From Beijerinckiaceae bacterium (GTDB taxonomy: Bacteria; Pseudomonadota; Alphaproteobacteria; Rhizobiales; Beijerinckiaceae), in contig CANBNG010000003.1 in NCBI GenBank assembly GCA_947370975.1, positions 1 through 32,000 on the forward strand: a DNA stretch of 32,000 bases. The letters run 5' to 3'. The translations under genes were made by a program, and so were the position numbers. The notes below the pieces were generated by a model, which saw only the letters and a program-made list of their open reading frames with translations, had not been told where the DNA came from and ran no database searches. Each line of letters begins with the position of its first letter. Position 1 is the first letter of the stretch. Below are positions 15,035-23,970 of the stretch, in pieces.

Positions 15035-16057
15035 ATGTCTTTCAATACCAGGCTTCTCGTCGCGGCTGGCGCGCTTTGCGCCGCAGCGCTGGCGCAGACG
15101 CCGGCGGCCGCGCAGACCAGTGACATCTACGCCAACAAGAATCTGACCATGATCATCGGCTTTGGCCCGGGCGGCGGCTATGATCTGTGGGGCCGCACGG
15201 TTGGCCGCCATATTGTGAAATATCTTCCGGGCAACCCGGCTGCCGTACCCCAGAACATGCCGGGCGCAGGCAGTTACAGCGCCGCCGCCTATATTTATAA
15301 TATCGCGCCCAAGGACGGCACGGTCATTGGCATTATCGCACGCGACGCCGCGCTCGGACCCATCACCGGGGCAGAAGGCGCGCGTTTCGATCCGCTGAAA
15401 ATCTCCTGGCTCGGCACGCCGACCACCGAAACCAATGTCTGTATTTCACGCGCGGGTGCGGATGTGCAGAGCGTGGACGATCTCTACAAGAAGACGCTGA
15501 TCGTCGGCGATACGGGCGCTGGCACCGGCACGCGCTCCTATCCCAAGGCGCTGATTGACTTGCTCGGCATGAAGTTCAAGCTGATCTCCGGCTTCCCCTC
15601 GTCTTCCGATGTGTTCCTCGCCATGGAGCGCGGCGAAGTCGATGGCATTTGCGAAAGCCTCGACAGCGTGAAGGGCAAGCGCCCCGATTGGCTGCCCAAT
15701 AATAAGGTCAAGGTGATCTTCCAGGGCGGCGCGGAGCCCAGCGCCGAATTGAAGGGCGTGCCTTTCGTTCTCGATTTCGCCCGCAACGAGGAAGAGAAGC
15801 AGTCGCTTACCTTCCTTTATGCAGGACAGGGGATCGGCCGCCCCTTCGTCGCACCGCCGAATATGGCGCCCGAGCGCCTCGCCATGCTGCGCAAGGCCTT
15901 CATGGAGACCATGAAGGATGCGGATTTTATCGCCGATGCAAAGAAGCAGAAGCTCGACGTGGAGCCTGAAGATGGCGAACATCTCGAAAAGCTGATCCGC
16001 CTCATCTATGCCACGCCCAAGCCGATCGTCGACAAGATCGGCGCGCTGATCAAGTAA
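15035..16057 (+). CDS. Bug family (TctC-like) periplasmic substrate-binding protein, orphan
   Basis: Start at 15035 (MSFNTRLLVAAGALCAAALAQ, GGGAG RBS). GPGGGYD and MPGAGS motifs. No adjacent tctA or tctB. Confidence 0.85.
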   Translation: MSFNTRLLVAAGALCAAALAQTPAAAQTSDIYANKNLTMIIGFGPGGGYDLWGRTVGRHIVKYLPGNPAAVPQNMPGAGSYSAAAYIYNIAPKDGTVIGIIARDAALGPITGAEGARFDPLKISWLGTPTTETNVCISRAGADVQSVDDLYKKTLIVGDTGAGTGTRSYPKALIDLLGMKFKLISGFPSSSDVFLAMERGEVDGICESLDSVKGKRPDWLPNNKVKVIFQGGAEPSAELKGVPFVLDFARNEEEKQSLTFLYAGQGIGRPFVAPPNMAPERLAMLRKAFMETMKDADFIADAKKQKLDVEPEDGEHLEKLIRLIYATPKPIVDKIGALIK

Positions 16058-16085
16058 GCATCAGCGATCTTCCAGAAAACTCCCG

Positions 16086-16120
16086 AAGCCCCGGCTTGAA
16101 TGCGCCGGGGCTTTTTGTTT
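16086..16120 (+). terminator. Intrinsic terminator after the Bug-family gene
   Basis: AAGCCCCGGC-ttgaatgc-GCCGGGGCTT followed by TTTTGTTTT. Confidence 0.8.
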
Positions 16121-16166
16121 TCGGAACCAGCCAAGATCACACGCATTATGTCTTGTTGCGTCCATC

Positions 16167-16736
16167 ATGGAGAAGCCGTTGCGCCTCGTTCTCATTGGCA
16201 GCCTTGCATTGGCGGCTTATGCCGTCTCGCCCCCGTTTGCCGCGCCATCCGTGGCGCAAACAGCAGCTGCACCGCGCAGTTCTGTAACCACAAGCGATTT
16301 CCGCCGCCTTGCGCTGATGGCCGAGGTCTTTGATTTTGAATCAAGCCGGCTTGCCATCCAGCGCTCCCGCCGACCCAGCGTGAAGCGCTACGCCTCCGCA
16401 CTGACCGGAAACTTCCGCGGCTATTATACAAGATTGACCTCTGGCGCAGGCGTCTTTGCAGATTTTCCCGCCCTGCCCGCAGATCCAAACGCCCCGATCA
16501 AGCCCTTTGTCGATGAGCGCCGGGTGGCCATGCTCAACCAGCTCGGCGCGGCCACGGGACGCGGCTTCGACAGACTTTACATGGATATGCAATTGGGCGT
16601 GCGGCAGGAAGTTCTCGGCCTGTACGAGACATATCTGCGATCAGGGGATGATCCGGCTTTGCGGGCCTTCGCCCGCGAGCGGCTTCCCGTTCTTGAGCAG
16701 CAGTATCAGGCGGCCCGGCGCCTCGCCGGGCGTTAG
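16167..16736 (+). CDS. DUF4142 domain-containing periplasmic protein
   Basis: Signal peptide, then two half-repeats with the DUF4142 pattern (FDFESSRLAIQRSRRPSVKRYA ... GRGFDRLYMDMQLGVRQEVL ... DPALRAFARERLPVLEQ). Confidence 0.8.
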   Translation: MEKPLRLVLIGSLALAAYAVSPPFAAPSVAQTAAAPRSSVTTSDFRRLALMAEVFDFESSRLAIQRSRRPSVKRYASALTGNFRGYYTRLTSGAGVFADFPALPADPNAPIKPFVDERRVAMLNQLGAATGRGFDRLYMDMQLGVRQEVLGLYETYLRSGDDPALRAFARERLPVLEQQYQAARRLAGR

Positions 16737-17572
16737 TCCCAATCGGGCGCGAAAGAGGGAATGACAAGCCGCCCATCGGGGCTTGCCAGCGCAGAAATCG
16801 CCGCCATGTCGGCATCGCTCAATGCAAAGTCGGCAATATCGAAATTCTCCGCAATATGCGCGGGCGTCGAAGAGCGCGGAATGGCAGCGACATTCTGCTG
16901 CGCGTGCCAGCGCAGAATCACTTGCGAAGGCTTGCGTGCAATCTTCTGCGCAATGGCGCGAATGGTTTCATGCTGCACCAGATCGCCACGCCCAAGCGGC
17001 GAATAGGAGGTGAAGACCATGCCATGGGCGCGGCAGGCGGCGATCACTTTCGACTGGTCGAGACGTGGATGAAATTCGCATTGGTTGGCGCTGAGCTTTT
17101 CACCCTGCTCACCTGCCAGCGCCACGGCTTGATTGAGCAAGGCGACGGGGAAGTTGGAGACGCCGATATAGGTCGCCAGTCCCTCCTTGCGTGCGCGGCA
17201 GAGCCCGCGCATCGAACTTGCCAGCGGGATGTCGCGGTTGGGCCAATGGATCAGCAACAGATCGACATGGGACATGCCGAGCCGACCGAGGCTGTCGGCA
17301 GCCGAGCGCAGCAAATTGTCTTCGGCAATATCCTGCGTCCAGACTTTCGTCGTGACGAAAATATCCCTGCGCGGCAGGCCGCTTGCAGCGATGGCCTCGC
17401 CGACTTCGACTTCATTGCCATACATGGCGGCGGTGTCGATATGGCGATAGCCCGTTTCAAGCGCGGCGCGCACTGCCCTGCGGCAGATATCCTCGCGCAG
17501 CTGGAACGTGCCAAAGCCACGCGCTGGAATCTGCGCGCCATTGCCGTCGAGTAAAAATGCGTCGCTCATCAT
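16733..17572 (-). CDS. Aldo/keto reductase (2,5-diketo-D-gluconate reductase-like)
   Basis: 279 aa with the AKR pattern GFGTFQL ... YRHIDTAAMYGNE ... LLIHWP ... IGVSNF ... IPRSSTPAHIAENF. Confidence 0.9.
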   Translation of the reverse strand: MMSDAFLLDGNGAQIPARGFGTFQLREDICRRAVRAALETGYRHIDTAAMYGNEVEVGEAIAASGLPRRDIFVTTKVWTQDIAEDNLLRSAADSLGRLGMSHVDLLLIHWPNRDIPLASSMRGLCRARKEGLATYIGVSNFPVALLNQAVALAGEQGEKLSANQCEFHPRLDQSKVIAACRAHGMVFTSYSPLGRGDLVQHETIRAIAQKIARKPSQVILRWHAQQNVAAIPRSSTPAHIAENFDIADFALSDADMAAISALASPDGRLVIPSFAPDWD

Positions 17573-17601
17573 CTGTCCTTCGTTGCGGCTGGCCGACGCA
17601 T

Positions 17602-18294
17602 TCAGGCAGCCTTCGACGTGTCGGCCGCAGGCGCCATCAAGAGCGCCAATTCCTCAAGGGAGACAACGGACGCATATTTTGCATCCATGTCGAAGAGATT
17701 GGCGGCATGGGCAAATTGCGACCGGTCAAAACAGCATTCATCGACAACGAAGGTCGAAAATCCGTTCGAGAAACCATCGACCACCGAGGCGCGCACGCAG
17801 CCCGACGTCGAGACGCCACAAAAGACCAGCGTATCAGCGCCTTTTTGCACCAGATAGGACATGAGCGGCGTCTGGAAAAAGGCGCTCGCACGCGTCTTGC
17901 CCAGCACCCATTCTCCCGCGCGCGGCATGACGGCATCGGGAAAATCATTGGCTTGGGGCGCAGGAGCCTTGGTACGCCTGGATTTCGTCGCCTTGCCGGT
18001 AAAGGGCACGTCATTGGCATTGCTGTTGGTGAAGACAATCGGCAGCTCGCGGGCGCGAAACATCTCGATCAGCCTGGCAATCTTCGGGATCGCCTCCCAC
18101 GAGACCGGCCCGCAGGCCGATCCGAAGGTTGCAATCGACTCGGCCAATGTCTGCCCCTCGTAGCCTGCAAAGCCATAAGTGACATCGACCACGATCAAGG
18201 CGGGGTTCTTGCCAAGTTTCATGTCCGAGAGAAAGCCCGCGCTCTTGTAGGTCGCGAGCTCGGAGTCCGGAATGAGTTTCATCCAGTCTTTCAT
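17602..18294 (-). CDS. Isochorismatase-family cysteine hydrolase (amidase-like)
   Basis: ALIVVDVTYGF (Asp) and LVFCGVSTSGCVRASVVDG (nucleophile Cys). The start at 18294 (MKDWMKL, GGGAG RBS) lies just after the upstream gene's stop at 18311. Confidence 0.85.
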   Translation of the reverse strand: MKDWMKLIPDSELATYKSAGFLSDMKLGKNPALIVVDVTYGFAGYEGQTLAESIATFGSACGPVSWEAIPKIARLIEMFRARELPIVFTNSNANDVPFTGKATKSRRTKAPAPQANDFPDAVMPRAGEWVLGKTRASAFFQTPLMSYLVQKGADTLVFCGVSTSGCVRASVVDGFSNGFSTFVVDECCFDRSQFAHAANLFDMDAKYASVVSLEELALLMAPAADTSKAA

Positions 18295-18310
18295 GATGAT
18301 CGGCTCCCGT

Positions 18311-19285
18311 TCACTTGACCTGTTTGGCAAGTTCGACGATTTCGGGATCGACGAAGCGGCTGACATCGGTCGATCCATCGAGATCGCCAAGGCTCTTCAT
18401 CGCTTCGGCGAGAATTTTCACCTGGCTGTTTTCAACAAGGCCGACGCGGTCGAAGATTTTGATCTTCAGGTAATAATCATAGCTCTTCTCGATATCGGCG
18501 CGCTCAGCCCCCGATTCCTTGACGAGAATGTCGATGGCCTCGGTGCGATTGGCGGGATTGTTGAACCAGTCGATGCCGCGCGCAACGCCCTGGAGGAAGC
18601 CGACCAAAGCCGGCTTGTGCGACTTCGCCCAGCCAATATTCACCGCATAGCCGGTGAAGGGCATGTCGGTGACATAATCGCTCAGCGCACCGAGATTGGG
18701 ATAGCCCGCACCCTCCGCCTTGAAGCTGAAGGGGGGCACGAGAATGGTCGCATCGACCGCGCCGGACGCCAGCGCAGAGAAGCGCGCCGCCGCCGTGCCG
18801 GCGAAGACAAGATCATATTGGGCAGGCGCAATGCCGTTGGGGCCCATCATGCGTTCAAGATAGATGCGGGTGATGTCCTTCACGCCGCCAATCGAGATCA
18901 GCTTGCCCTTGAGATCCTTGAGCGACTTCAGGCCGACCTTGCCAAAGACCGAATAGGGCGGAACTTGCGTCTCGACGCGCAGGAGGGTCACGGGCGCGCC
19001 CTTGTCGATGGCGCGCAGCGGATCGGCAAGGCCGCCAGAGCCGATATTGATCGAACCGGCCGCGAGCTGCTGGACGACCGCAGAGGACGAGGGTGCCGCA
19101 ACAAGGTCCAGTATGACGTTGTTTTCGGCGAAATAGCCTTTTTGCTGCGCAATGAAGATCGGCCATTGCTGCGCCGAACCACGGCCCGTCGTGCCCATGA
19201 TGAGCGTTTCAGCCGATTGAGCCGCCGCCGACCCGAGAAAGAGGGCTGCAAGAGCCATCACGCTTGTCTTGGCAATCAGGCGCAT
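18311..19285 (-). CDS. ABC-transporter periplasmic substrate-binding protein, NMT1/THI5-like (nitrate/sulfonate/bicarbonate family)
   Basis: Signal peptide MRLIAKTSVMALAALFLGSAAAQS and NMT1-like body (WPIFIAQQKGYFAENNV ... AAGSINIGSGG ...). GAAGGA RBS. Confidence 0.8.
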   Translation of the reverse strand: MRLIAKTSVMALAALFLGSAAAQSAETLIMGTTGRGSAQQWPIFIAQQKGYFAENNVILDLVAAPSSSAVVQQLAAGSINIGSGGLADPLRAIDKGAPVTLLRVETQVPPYSVFGKVGLKSLKDLKGKLISIGGVKDITRIYLERMMGPNGIAPAQYDLVFAGTAAARFSALASGAVDATILVPPFSFKAEGAGYPNLGALSDYVTDMPFTGYAVNIGWAKSHKPALVGFLQGVARGIDWFNNPANRTEAIDILVKESGAERADIEKSYDYYLKIKIFDRVGLVENSQVKILAEAMKSLGDLDGSTDVSRFVDPEIVELAKQVK

Positions 19286-19504
19286 CTTTGAGTGTCCTTC
19301 TGTCCCGGCCCCTCTGGCCGTCTCCTGCTGCCATCATTTCGGCACGGCGGGCGTCTGACAACAAGCAAGGTCGGGGCCGGATGAGCCTTTGGCGCGCGAG
19401 TCACCGGAAAAAGCCGCCGACCCGCCTTGCAATTGGCCATTCCAAGCTTTAGTTTCAAAAAAAGTAATTTAAATGTCTCTACTTGAAACAATAATGGATT
19501 GCCG

Positions 19505-19897
19505 ATGATCCCTGTTTGCGCCGACCCGCTGCGCGCGGAGCTCGCGGCCTGGTCTGAATCCCTGATCGCCGACATGATTGTCAGCGCCTACAGCCGCCTT
19601 GTCGCGGACCACCAGACGCGTGAGGGCCTCGTGCGCTGCCATGTGCTGCTCTGGCGTCATCTGCTCGGGGGCACCGACAAGGCCGAAACCTTCCGGCAGG
19701 AGCTCGGTCGCCAGGCGCCGCGCGCCGGCATCAAGGAAACGGCAATACACGCGCTCAACAAGCAGATTCTGGCCGAACTGGTCTATGTCACCGCCTCGCG
19801 GTTCCAGCGCTCACCCAAGCTGGCGGGCGATTACAGCCTCGAAATCATGCGCGCGGCCTGCTGGCTGACCGACGCGCGCCAGCTTGCGGCCGCCTGA
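19505..19897 (+). CDS. Hypothetical protein (130 aa)
   Basis: Open frame with GC-rich third positions, upstream of and on the same strand as the helicase gene. There is a vague helical, globin-sensor-like pattern, but no proximal-His motif that I can point to. Confidence 0.5.
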   Translation: MIPVCADPLRAELAAWSESLIADMIVSAYSRLVADHQTREGLVRCHVLLWRHLLGGTDKAETFRQELGRQAPRAGIKETAIHALNKQILAELVYVTASRFQRSPKLAGDYSLEIMRAACWLTDARQLAAA

Positions 19898-19993
19898 GCG
19901 CGGGCTTTCGCCAGATCGCGCTTGCAAAGCGGCCCCCAAACGCTCATCTCCCGAGGGGCATGGCAGGCGCGTGGGCGCAGGAGGACGGGCATC

Positions 19994-21088
19994 TTGGGTC
20001 ACATCTGGTCGCCGCAGCAGGAACGGGCCCTGAAGGAGATCGCGGCCTGGCTGAAGACCGGGCGGCCGCAGATCTTCCGCCTCTTTGGCTTTGCCGGCAC
20101 CGGCAAGACGACGCTCGCCCGCCATATTGCCGAAGGAATCGATGGAGACGTGCTGTTTGGCGCCTATACGGGCAAGGCCGCGCTCGTGCTGCGCTCGAAG
20201 GGCTGTGACGACGCGCGCACCATCCACAGCCTGATTTACCGCCCACAGGATATCGAGTCCGAAGTCCCCTCCTTCGTCATCAACGAGCAGAGCCCGGCAA
20301 ATACCGCGAGCCTCATCATCATCGACGAATGCTCGATGGTGGACGAGGATCTGGGCCGCGATCTGCTGTCGTTCGGGCGGCCGGTGCTGGTGCTGGGCGA
20401 TCCGGCGCAATTGCCACCCGTGAAGGGCGGCGGCTTCTTCACCGAGGCCGAGCCCGACCTCATGCTGACCGAAGTCCACCGCCAGGCGGCCGACAATCCG
20501 ATCATCCGCATGTCCATGATCGTGCGCGAGGGTGGCAAGCTGGAGCGTGGATCCTATGGCGAAAGCCGCGTCATCGCGCGCGATTCCATCGATGCCATGG
20601 CGGTGACGCGCGCCGATCAGGTGCTGGTTGGCATGAACCGCACGCGCCGGCTCTATAACAAGAGGCTGCGCGAACTCTTCGGTTTCACCGGCACTTTGCC
20701 GGAGGCCGGCGACCGGCTGGTCTGCCTGAAGAACGATCGCAAGAAAGGCCTGCTGAACGGCGGCATCTGGACCGTGAAGGCTCTCTCCCCGGCACGCGCG
20801 GGCAAATTGCGCATGACCATCGTGCCCGAGGAAGACGCCGCCAAGAAACCCCTGCGCGTGCGCGTGCTGCCGGCCTTCTTCGAGAGCGAGGAAGAAATTC
20901 CCTATGCCCTGCGCCGCGATTCCGACGAATTCGATTTCGGCTATGCGCTGACCGTGCACAAGGCGCAGGGGTCGCAGTGGAACGACCTTGTGCTCTTCGA
21001 TGAATCCTATGCGTTTCGCGAACACCGCGCCCGCTGGCTCTATACCGGGATCACGCGCGCGGCCGAGCGGATCACCATCGTCACCTGA
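19994..21088 (+). CDS. RecD/Pif1-like SF1B DNA helicase (compact, about 364 aa)
   Basis: GFAGTGKTT (Walker A), IIIDECSMVD (Walker B), VLVLGDPAQLPPV, TVHKAQGSQW. I prefer the TTG at 19994 (AGGAGGA 8 nt upstream). The ORF-track alternative start is 19922. Confidence 0.85.
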   Translation: MGHIWSPQQERALKEIAAWLKTGRPQIFRLFGFAGTGKTTLARHIAEGIDGDVLFGAYTGKAALVLRSKGCDDARTIHSLIYRPQDIESEVPSFVINEQSPANTASLIIIDECSMVDEDLGRDLLSFGRPVLVLGDPAQLPPVKGGGFFTEAEPDLMLTEVHRQAADNPIIRMSMIVREGGKLERGSYGESRVIARDSIDAMAVTRADQVLVGMNRTRRLYNKRLRELFGFTGTLPEAGDRLVCLKNDRKKGLLNGGIWTVKALSPARAGKLRMTIVPEEDAAKKPLRVRVLPAFFESEEEIPYALRRDSDEFDFGYALTVHKAQGSQWNDLVLFDESYAFREHRARWLYTGITRAAERITIVT

Positions 21089-21108
21089 AACATGTTGCGA
21101 GGATGCGC

Positions 21109-21633
21109 ATGCAGGACCAGATCCAGGCAATTCTCGACTTCGTGCGCCTGCATCAGGACTTTGCAGCCCCGCTCGTCTTCGTGCTGGCCTTTGGTGAATC
21201 GCTGGCGGTGATTTCGCTGCTGCTGCCCGCCACCGTCATTCTCTGGGGCATTGGCGCGCTGATCGGGGCCTCGGGCATGGACTTCTGGCCGATCTATTTC
21301 GCAGCAGCTCTCGGCGCGGCGTTCGGCGACTGGCTCTCCTATTGGCTGGGCCTTCATTATCACGCGAAAATCAGCACGCTCTGGCCGCTCTCGCGCCATC
21401 CCGACCTGCTGCCTGCCGGCCATCGCTTCTTTGAAAAATGGGGCTGGCCGGGCGTCTTCCTTGGCCGGTTCTTCGGGCCGCTGCGCGCCATCGTGCCCCT
21501 GACAGCCGGGGCCTGCGAAATGCCGCGCATCCCCTTCCAGATCGCCAATTGGACGTCCGCCTTCGTATGGGCGGGCGTGACGCTTGCGCCCGGCGCTCTC
21601 GGCCTCTCCTGGCTCAAGGCGCTTGCGGGCTGA
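21109..21633 (+). CDS. DedA family (VTT/SNARE-associated domain) membrane protein
   Basis: FGESLAVISLLLPATVIL ... FGDWLSYWLG ... FLGRFFGPLRAIVPLTAG. The second ATG (21109) has GAGGA 5 nt upstream. Confidence 0.85.
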   Translation: MQDQIQAILDFVRLHQDFAAPLVFVLAFGESLAVISLLLPATVILWGIGALIGASGMDFWPIYFAAALGAAFGDWLSYWLGLHYHAKISTLWPLSRHPDLLPAGHRFFEKWGWPGVFLGRFFGPLRAIVPLTAGACEMPRIPFQIANWTSAFVWAGVTLAPGALGLSWLKALAG

Positions 21634-22861
21634 GCACCGTCTGCTCGCGCAGGCGCAAGGCGTCTTCGTTGCGCGCGATATAATCGCGGGTGATCGGCAC
21701 GGCATCGACGCGCCGCGCCATCTGGATCTGGAAGACCACGCCCTGCCCCAGCCGGAAGGTTGCTTCAGAGCCTGCAAGATAGAATTCCCACATGCGGCAG
21801 AAGCGCTCGTCATAGAGCCTGGAGATCTCGGCGCGATGCGCCTTGAAGCGCGTGTGCCAGTCTTTCAGCGTCTCGGCATAATGAAGCCGCAGCACTTCGA
21901 TGTCGGTCACGATCAACCCCGCGCGCTCGATGGCCGGCATGATCTCCGACAAGGTCGGCAGATGGCCGCCGGGGAAAATATATTTGGCGATGAATGGATT
22001 GGTCGGGCAGGGAATATCGGGACGCCCGATCGTGTGCAGCAGCGCAACGCCATCATCCTCCAGCAGGCCCGCCAGCTTGCGGAAGAAGACATCGTAATAG
22101 CCAATGCCGACATGCTCGAACATGCCGACGGACACGATGCGATCAAAGCGCGTGGAGACGTCACGATAATCCTGCAGCCGGAACTCGGGTGGTTGTGCGA
22201 GGCCGCTGGCTGAGGCCCGCTGACGCGCAAGCGCCAATTGCTCGTCCGAGAGTGTGATGCCGGTCACGCGCGCGCCGCAGACGCTCGCAAGATAGAGCGC
22301 CATACCACCCCAACCGCAGCCGATATCAAGCACGCTCTGACCGGGCTCGATCAAAATCTTGGCTGCTATATGGCGTTTCTTTGCGCGTTGCGCCTCTTCG
22401 AGGCTGCCTGCATCCGTTTCGTAATAAGCACAGGAATATTGCCGGTCGGCATCGAGAAAAAAATCGTAGAGCCGCGCGTCGAGATCGTAATGATGCTCCA
22501 CATTGCGCCGCGCATGATGGAGATCGTTGTTCTGCTGCCATGTGCGCAGATGCGCACGGATATGGCGCAATAATGTGTGCCAGCGCGCCTCGCCCTCCTG
22601 CGCCATATTGCGCAAGCACAATTGCATGACATCAAAGAGCGTGCCCTGCGTCACCTCCACAGCGCCGTTCATATAGAGCTCGCCGAAAGCCAGTTCCGGA
22701 TCGCGCAACAATCTGGCCTCCGCTTGTCCATCGCGCAGGCGGATGCCGAGCCGCGGCCCCGTTCCATCGCCCGCCTCGATGCGTCGCCCGCTCTGCGTCT
22801 CGATTTCGAGCGAGCCGCGCCGGACGAAATTCCGAATGAAACTTTCGAACAGACTATCCAT
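21614..22861 (-). CDS. cfa: Cyclopropane-fatty-acyl-phospholipid synthase (CMAS family SAM-dependent methyltransferase)
   Basis: VLDIGCGWGGMALYLA SAM motif and CMAS-like body (HYDLDARLYDFFLD, SVGMFEHVG, WEFYLAGSEATF). Start at 22861 (MDSLFES) with GGAGG 7 nt upstream. Confidence 0.9.
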   Translation of the reverse strand: MDSLFESFIRNFVRRGSLEIETQSGRRIEAGDGTGPRLGIRLRDGQAEARLLRDPELAFGELYMNGAVEVTQGTLFDVMQLCLRNMAQEGEARWHTLLRHIRAHLRTWQQNNDLHHARRNVEHHYDLDARLYDFFLDADRQYSCAYYETDAGSLEEAQRAKKRHIAAKILIEPGQSVLDIGCGWGGMALYLASVCGARVTGITLSDEQLALARQRASASGLAQPPEFRLQDYRDVSTRFDRIVSVGMFEHVGIGYYDVFFRKLAGLLEDDGVALLHTIGRPDIPCPTNPFIAKYIFPGGHLPTLSEIMPAIERAGLIVTDIEVLRLHYAETLKDWHTRFKAHRAEISRLYDERFCRMWEFYLAGSEATFRLGQGVVFQIQMARRVDAVPITRDYIARNEDALRLREQTVLSPQAP

Positions 22862-23078
22862 CTGGACGCCTCCAAGTCGGCCTGCGGGAACCACCTTTGC
22901 AGTCGCGAGTTTGCCGCGTGCCCCTGTTACGCCTTCGGGCAATCACAGGATTGAAACGGCCAAGGCGTGCATTGGTTCGGGGGCGTGGTCTTGAGTTGAG
23001 AGACAGGTGCTTGCGCGTGGTTTTCACAGCGGCCCGGCCCGCATCTGCGGGGCCCCGGCACAATCGAGGGAGGCTTGC

Positions 23079-23732
23079 ATGAGGCAGCATTCAACTTGGG
23101 CCGGTATTATTGCCATTGGCCTGGCAAGCGGGCTTGCGCTGAGCGCGCCGGCCAATGCGCAGCGCGGCGACAGCGGCATGTCCGGCGGCGGTGCCCCCGC
23201 AGCAGGACCAGTCGGCGGCGGGGGTGGTGGCGGCGGCATTGGACCGGGCGGCGGCGGGGGTGGACGTGGCGGCGGGGGTGGCATTGCGCCAGGTGGTGGT
23301 GGCAGCCCCGGCATTCAGCCTGGCATGAGGCCAGGAGGGGCGCCCGGCATGCGCGGCGGCATCGAGCCGCGAATCCGCAGTGGCGCGATCGACCGGCGCG
23401 GGATGGGTGGCGCCCCGGCCCTGACAGTGCGCCCCGGCGTGCGCTATGGCGCGTATGACCGCTACAACCGGAATTATTATTATAATGACGGTGGGCGCTG
23501 GAGCGATTCCGGTTGGTTCCCGGGCATGCTGCTCGCCGCTCCCTTCCTGCTGCCGTGGTATTTGTTTGGAGGCGGCGCCTCTGCCGCTAGCCAGCCCGCA
23601 GTCTATGCCGGCAATTATTGCGCGACGCCCCAGCGCGTGTGCCTGCTCGTCGAGCCCGGCGTGGTCGACACCGGCTGCTCCTGCCGTGCGCCCTCTGGCC
23701 GGGGCCGCTTCCGGGGCATTGTCGTCCCCTGA
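23079..23732 (+). CDS. Secreted Gly-rich protein with a Cys-containing C-terminal module (217 aa)
   Basis: GGGAGG RBS and a signal peptide (AGIIAIGLASGLALSAPANAQ). Runs such as GGGGGGGIGPGGGGGGRGGGGGIAPGGGG. C-terminus YCATPQRVCLL...GCSCR. Confidence 0.65.
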   Translation: MRQHSTWAGIIAIGLASGLALSAPANAQRGDSGMSGGGAPAAGPVGGGGGGGGIGPGGGGGGRGGGGGIAPGGGGSPGIQPGMRPGGAPGMRGGIEPRIRSGAIDRRGMGGAPALTVRPGVRYGAYDRYNRNYYYNDGGRWSDSGWFPGMLLAAPFLLPWYLFGGGASAASQPAVYAGNYCATPQRVCLLVEPGVVDTGCSCRAPSGRGRFRGIVVP

Positions 23733-23760
23733 TCGGCCTCATGATGCCCGGACAACCACG

Positions 23761-23786
23761 AAGAGCGGCCCCGGCGGGCCGCTCTT
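23761..23786 (+). terminator. Stem-loop terminator after the Gly-rich protein gene
   Basis: AAGAGCGGCCC-cggc-GGGCCGCTCTT (11-bp stem) followed by a short T-run. Confidence 0.65.
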
Positions 23787-23970
23787 TTCATGATGCAACC
23801 TGATCTCGCGCAAGGCAGAGGACAGCACCGAGGCATAAGGTTGAGCGCATCAGCCCCCTCGCGCATCGACGTCCGACCATTTATATGCTGGAATAAATCC
23901 AGACTGCGCGAGGCCGAGGGGCCCGGCGCACCCCGGCAGATCCGGGGCAGGCATTTGAGGAAGATCCGTG

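Noticed and set aside
14296-15126. 275-aa plus-strand and 274-aa minus-strand ORFs that cover each other
   Set aside because: Only the internal minus-strand start at 14781 has an SD and a signal peptide. The remainder is open frame by composition.
19344-19351. ACGGCGGG string reminiscent of the guanidine-I (ykkC) riboswitch core near an NMT1-type binding-protein gene
   Set aside because: It lies on the opposite strand to the transporter gene. The other conserved ykkC elements (GGGUUCCG, GGUCCGAGAG, CCCGGGAGA) are absent.
19811-21130. 439-aa minus-strand ORF antisense to the helicase; similar antisense ORFs at 24325..25122 (hemA), 27246..28736 (kinase), 18272..19291 (binding protein) and 17383..18318
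   Set aside because: Each lies opposite a gene with unambiguous family motifs. The sequences are low-complexity and Arg/Ala-rich, with no start context. They are GC-skewed codon-position artefacts.
21614-21633. Overlapping or abutting convergent gene ends: DedA/cfa overlap by 20 nt, DUF4142/AKR overlap by 4 nt at 16733-16736, and kinase/fadB are separated by 0 nt at 30491/30492
   Set aside because: This is common in compact GC-rich genomes. I saw no sign of frameshift, fusion or regulatory structure at these junctions.
23888-23902. Dyad CTGGA-ATAAA-TCCAG upstream of hemA as a possible Fnr/FixK or Irr site
   Set aside because: It does not match the TTGAT-N4-ATCAA anaerobox or the iron-control element as I remember them. 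The arms are only 5 bp, so a chance occurrence is likely.
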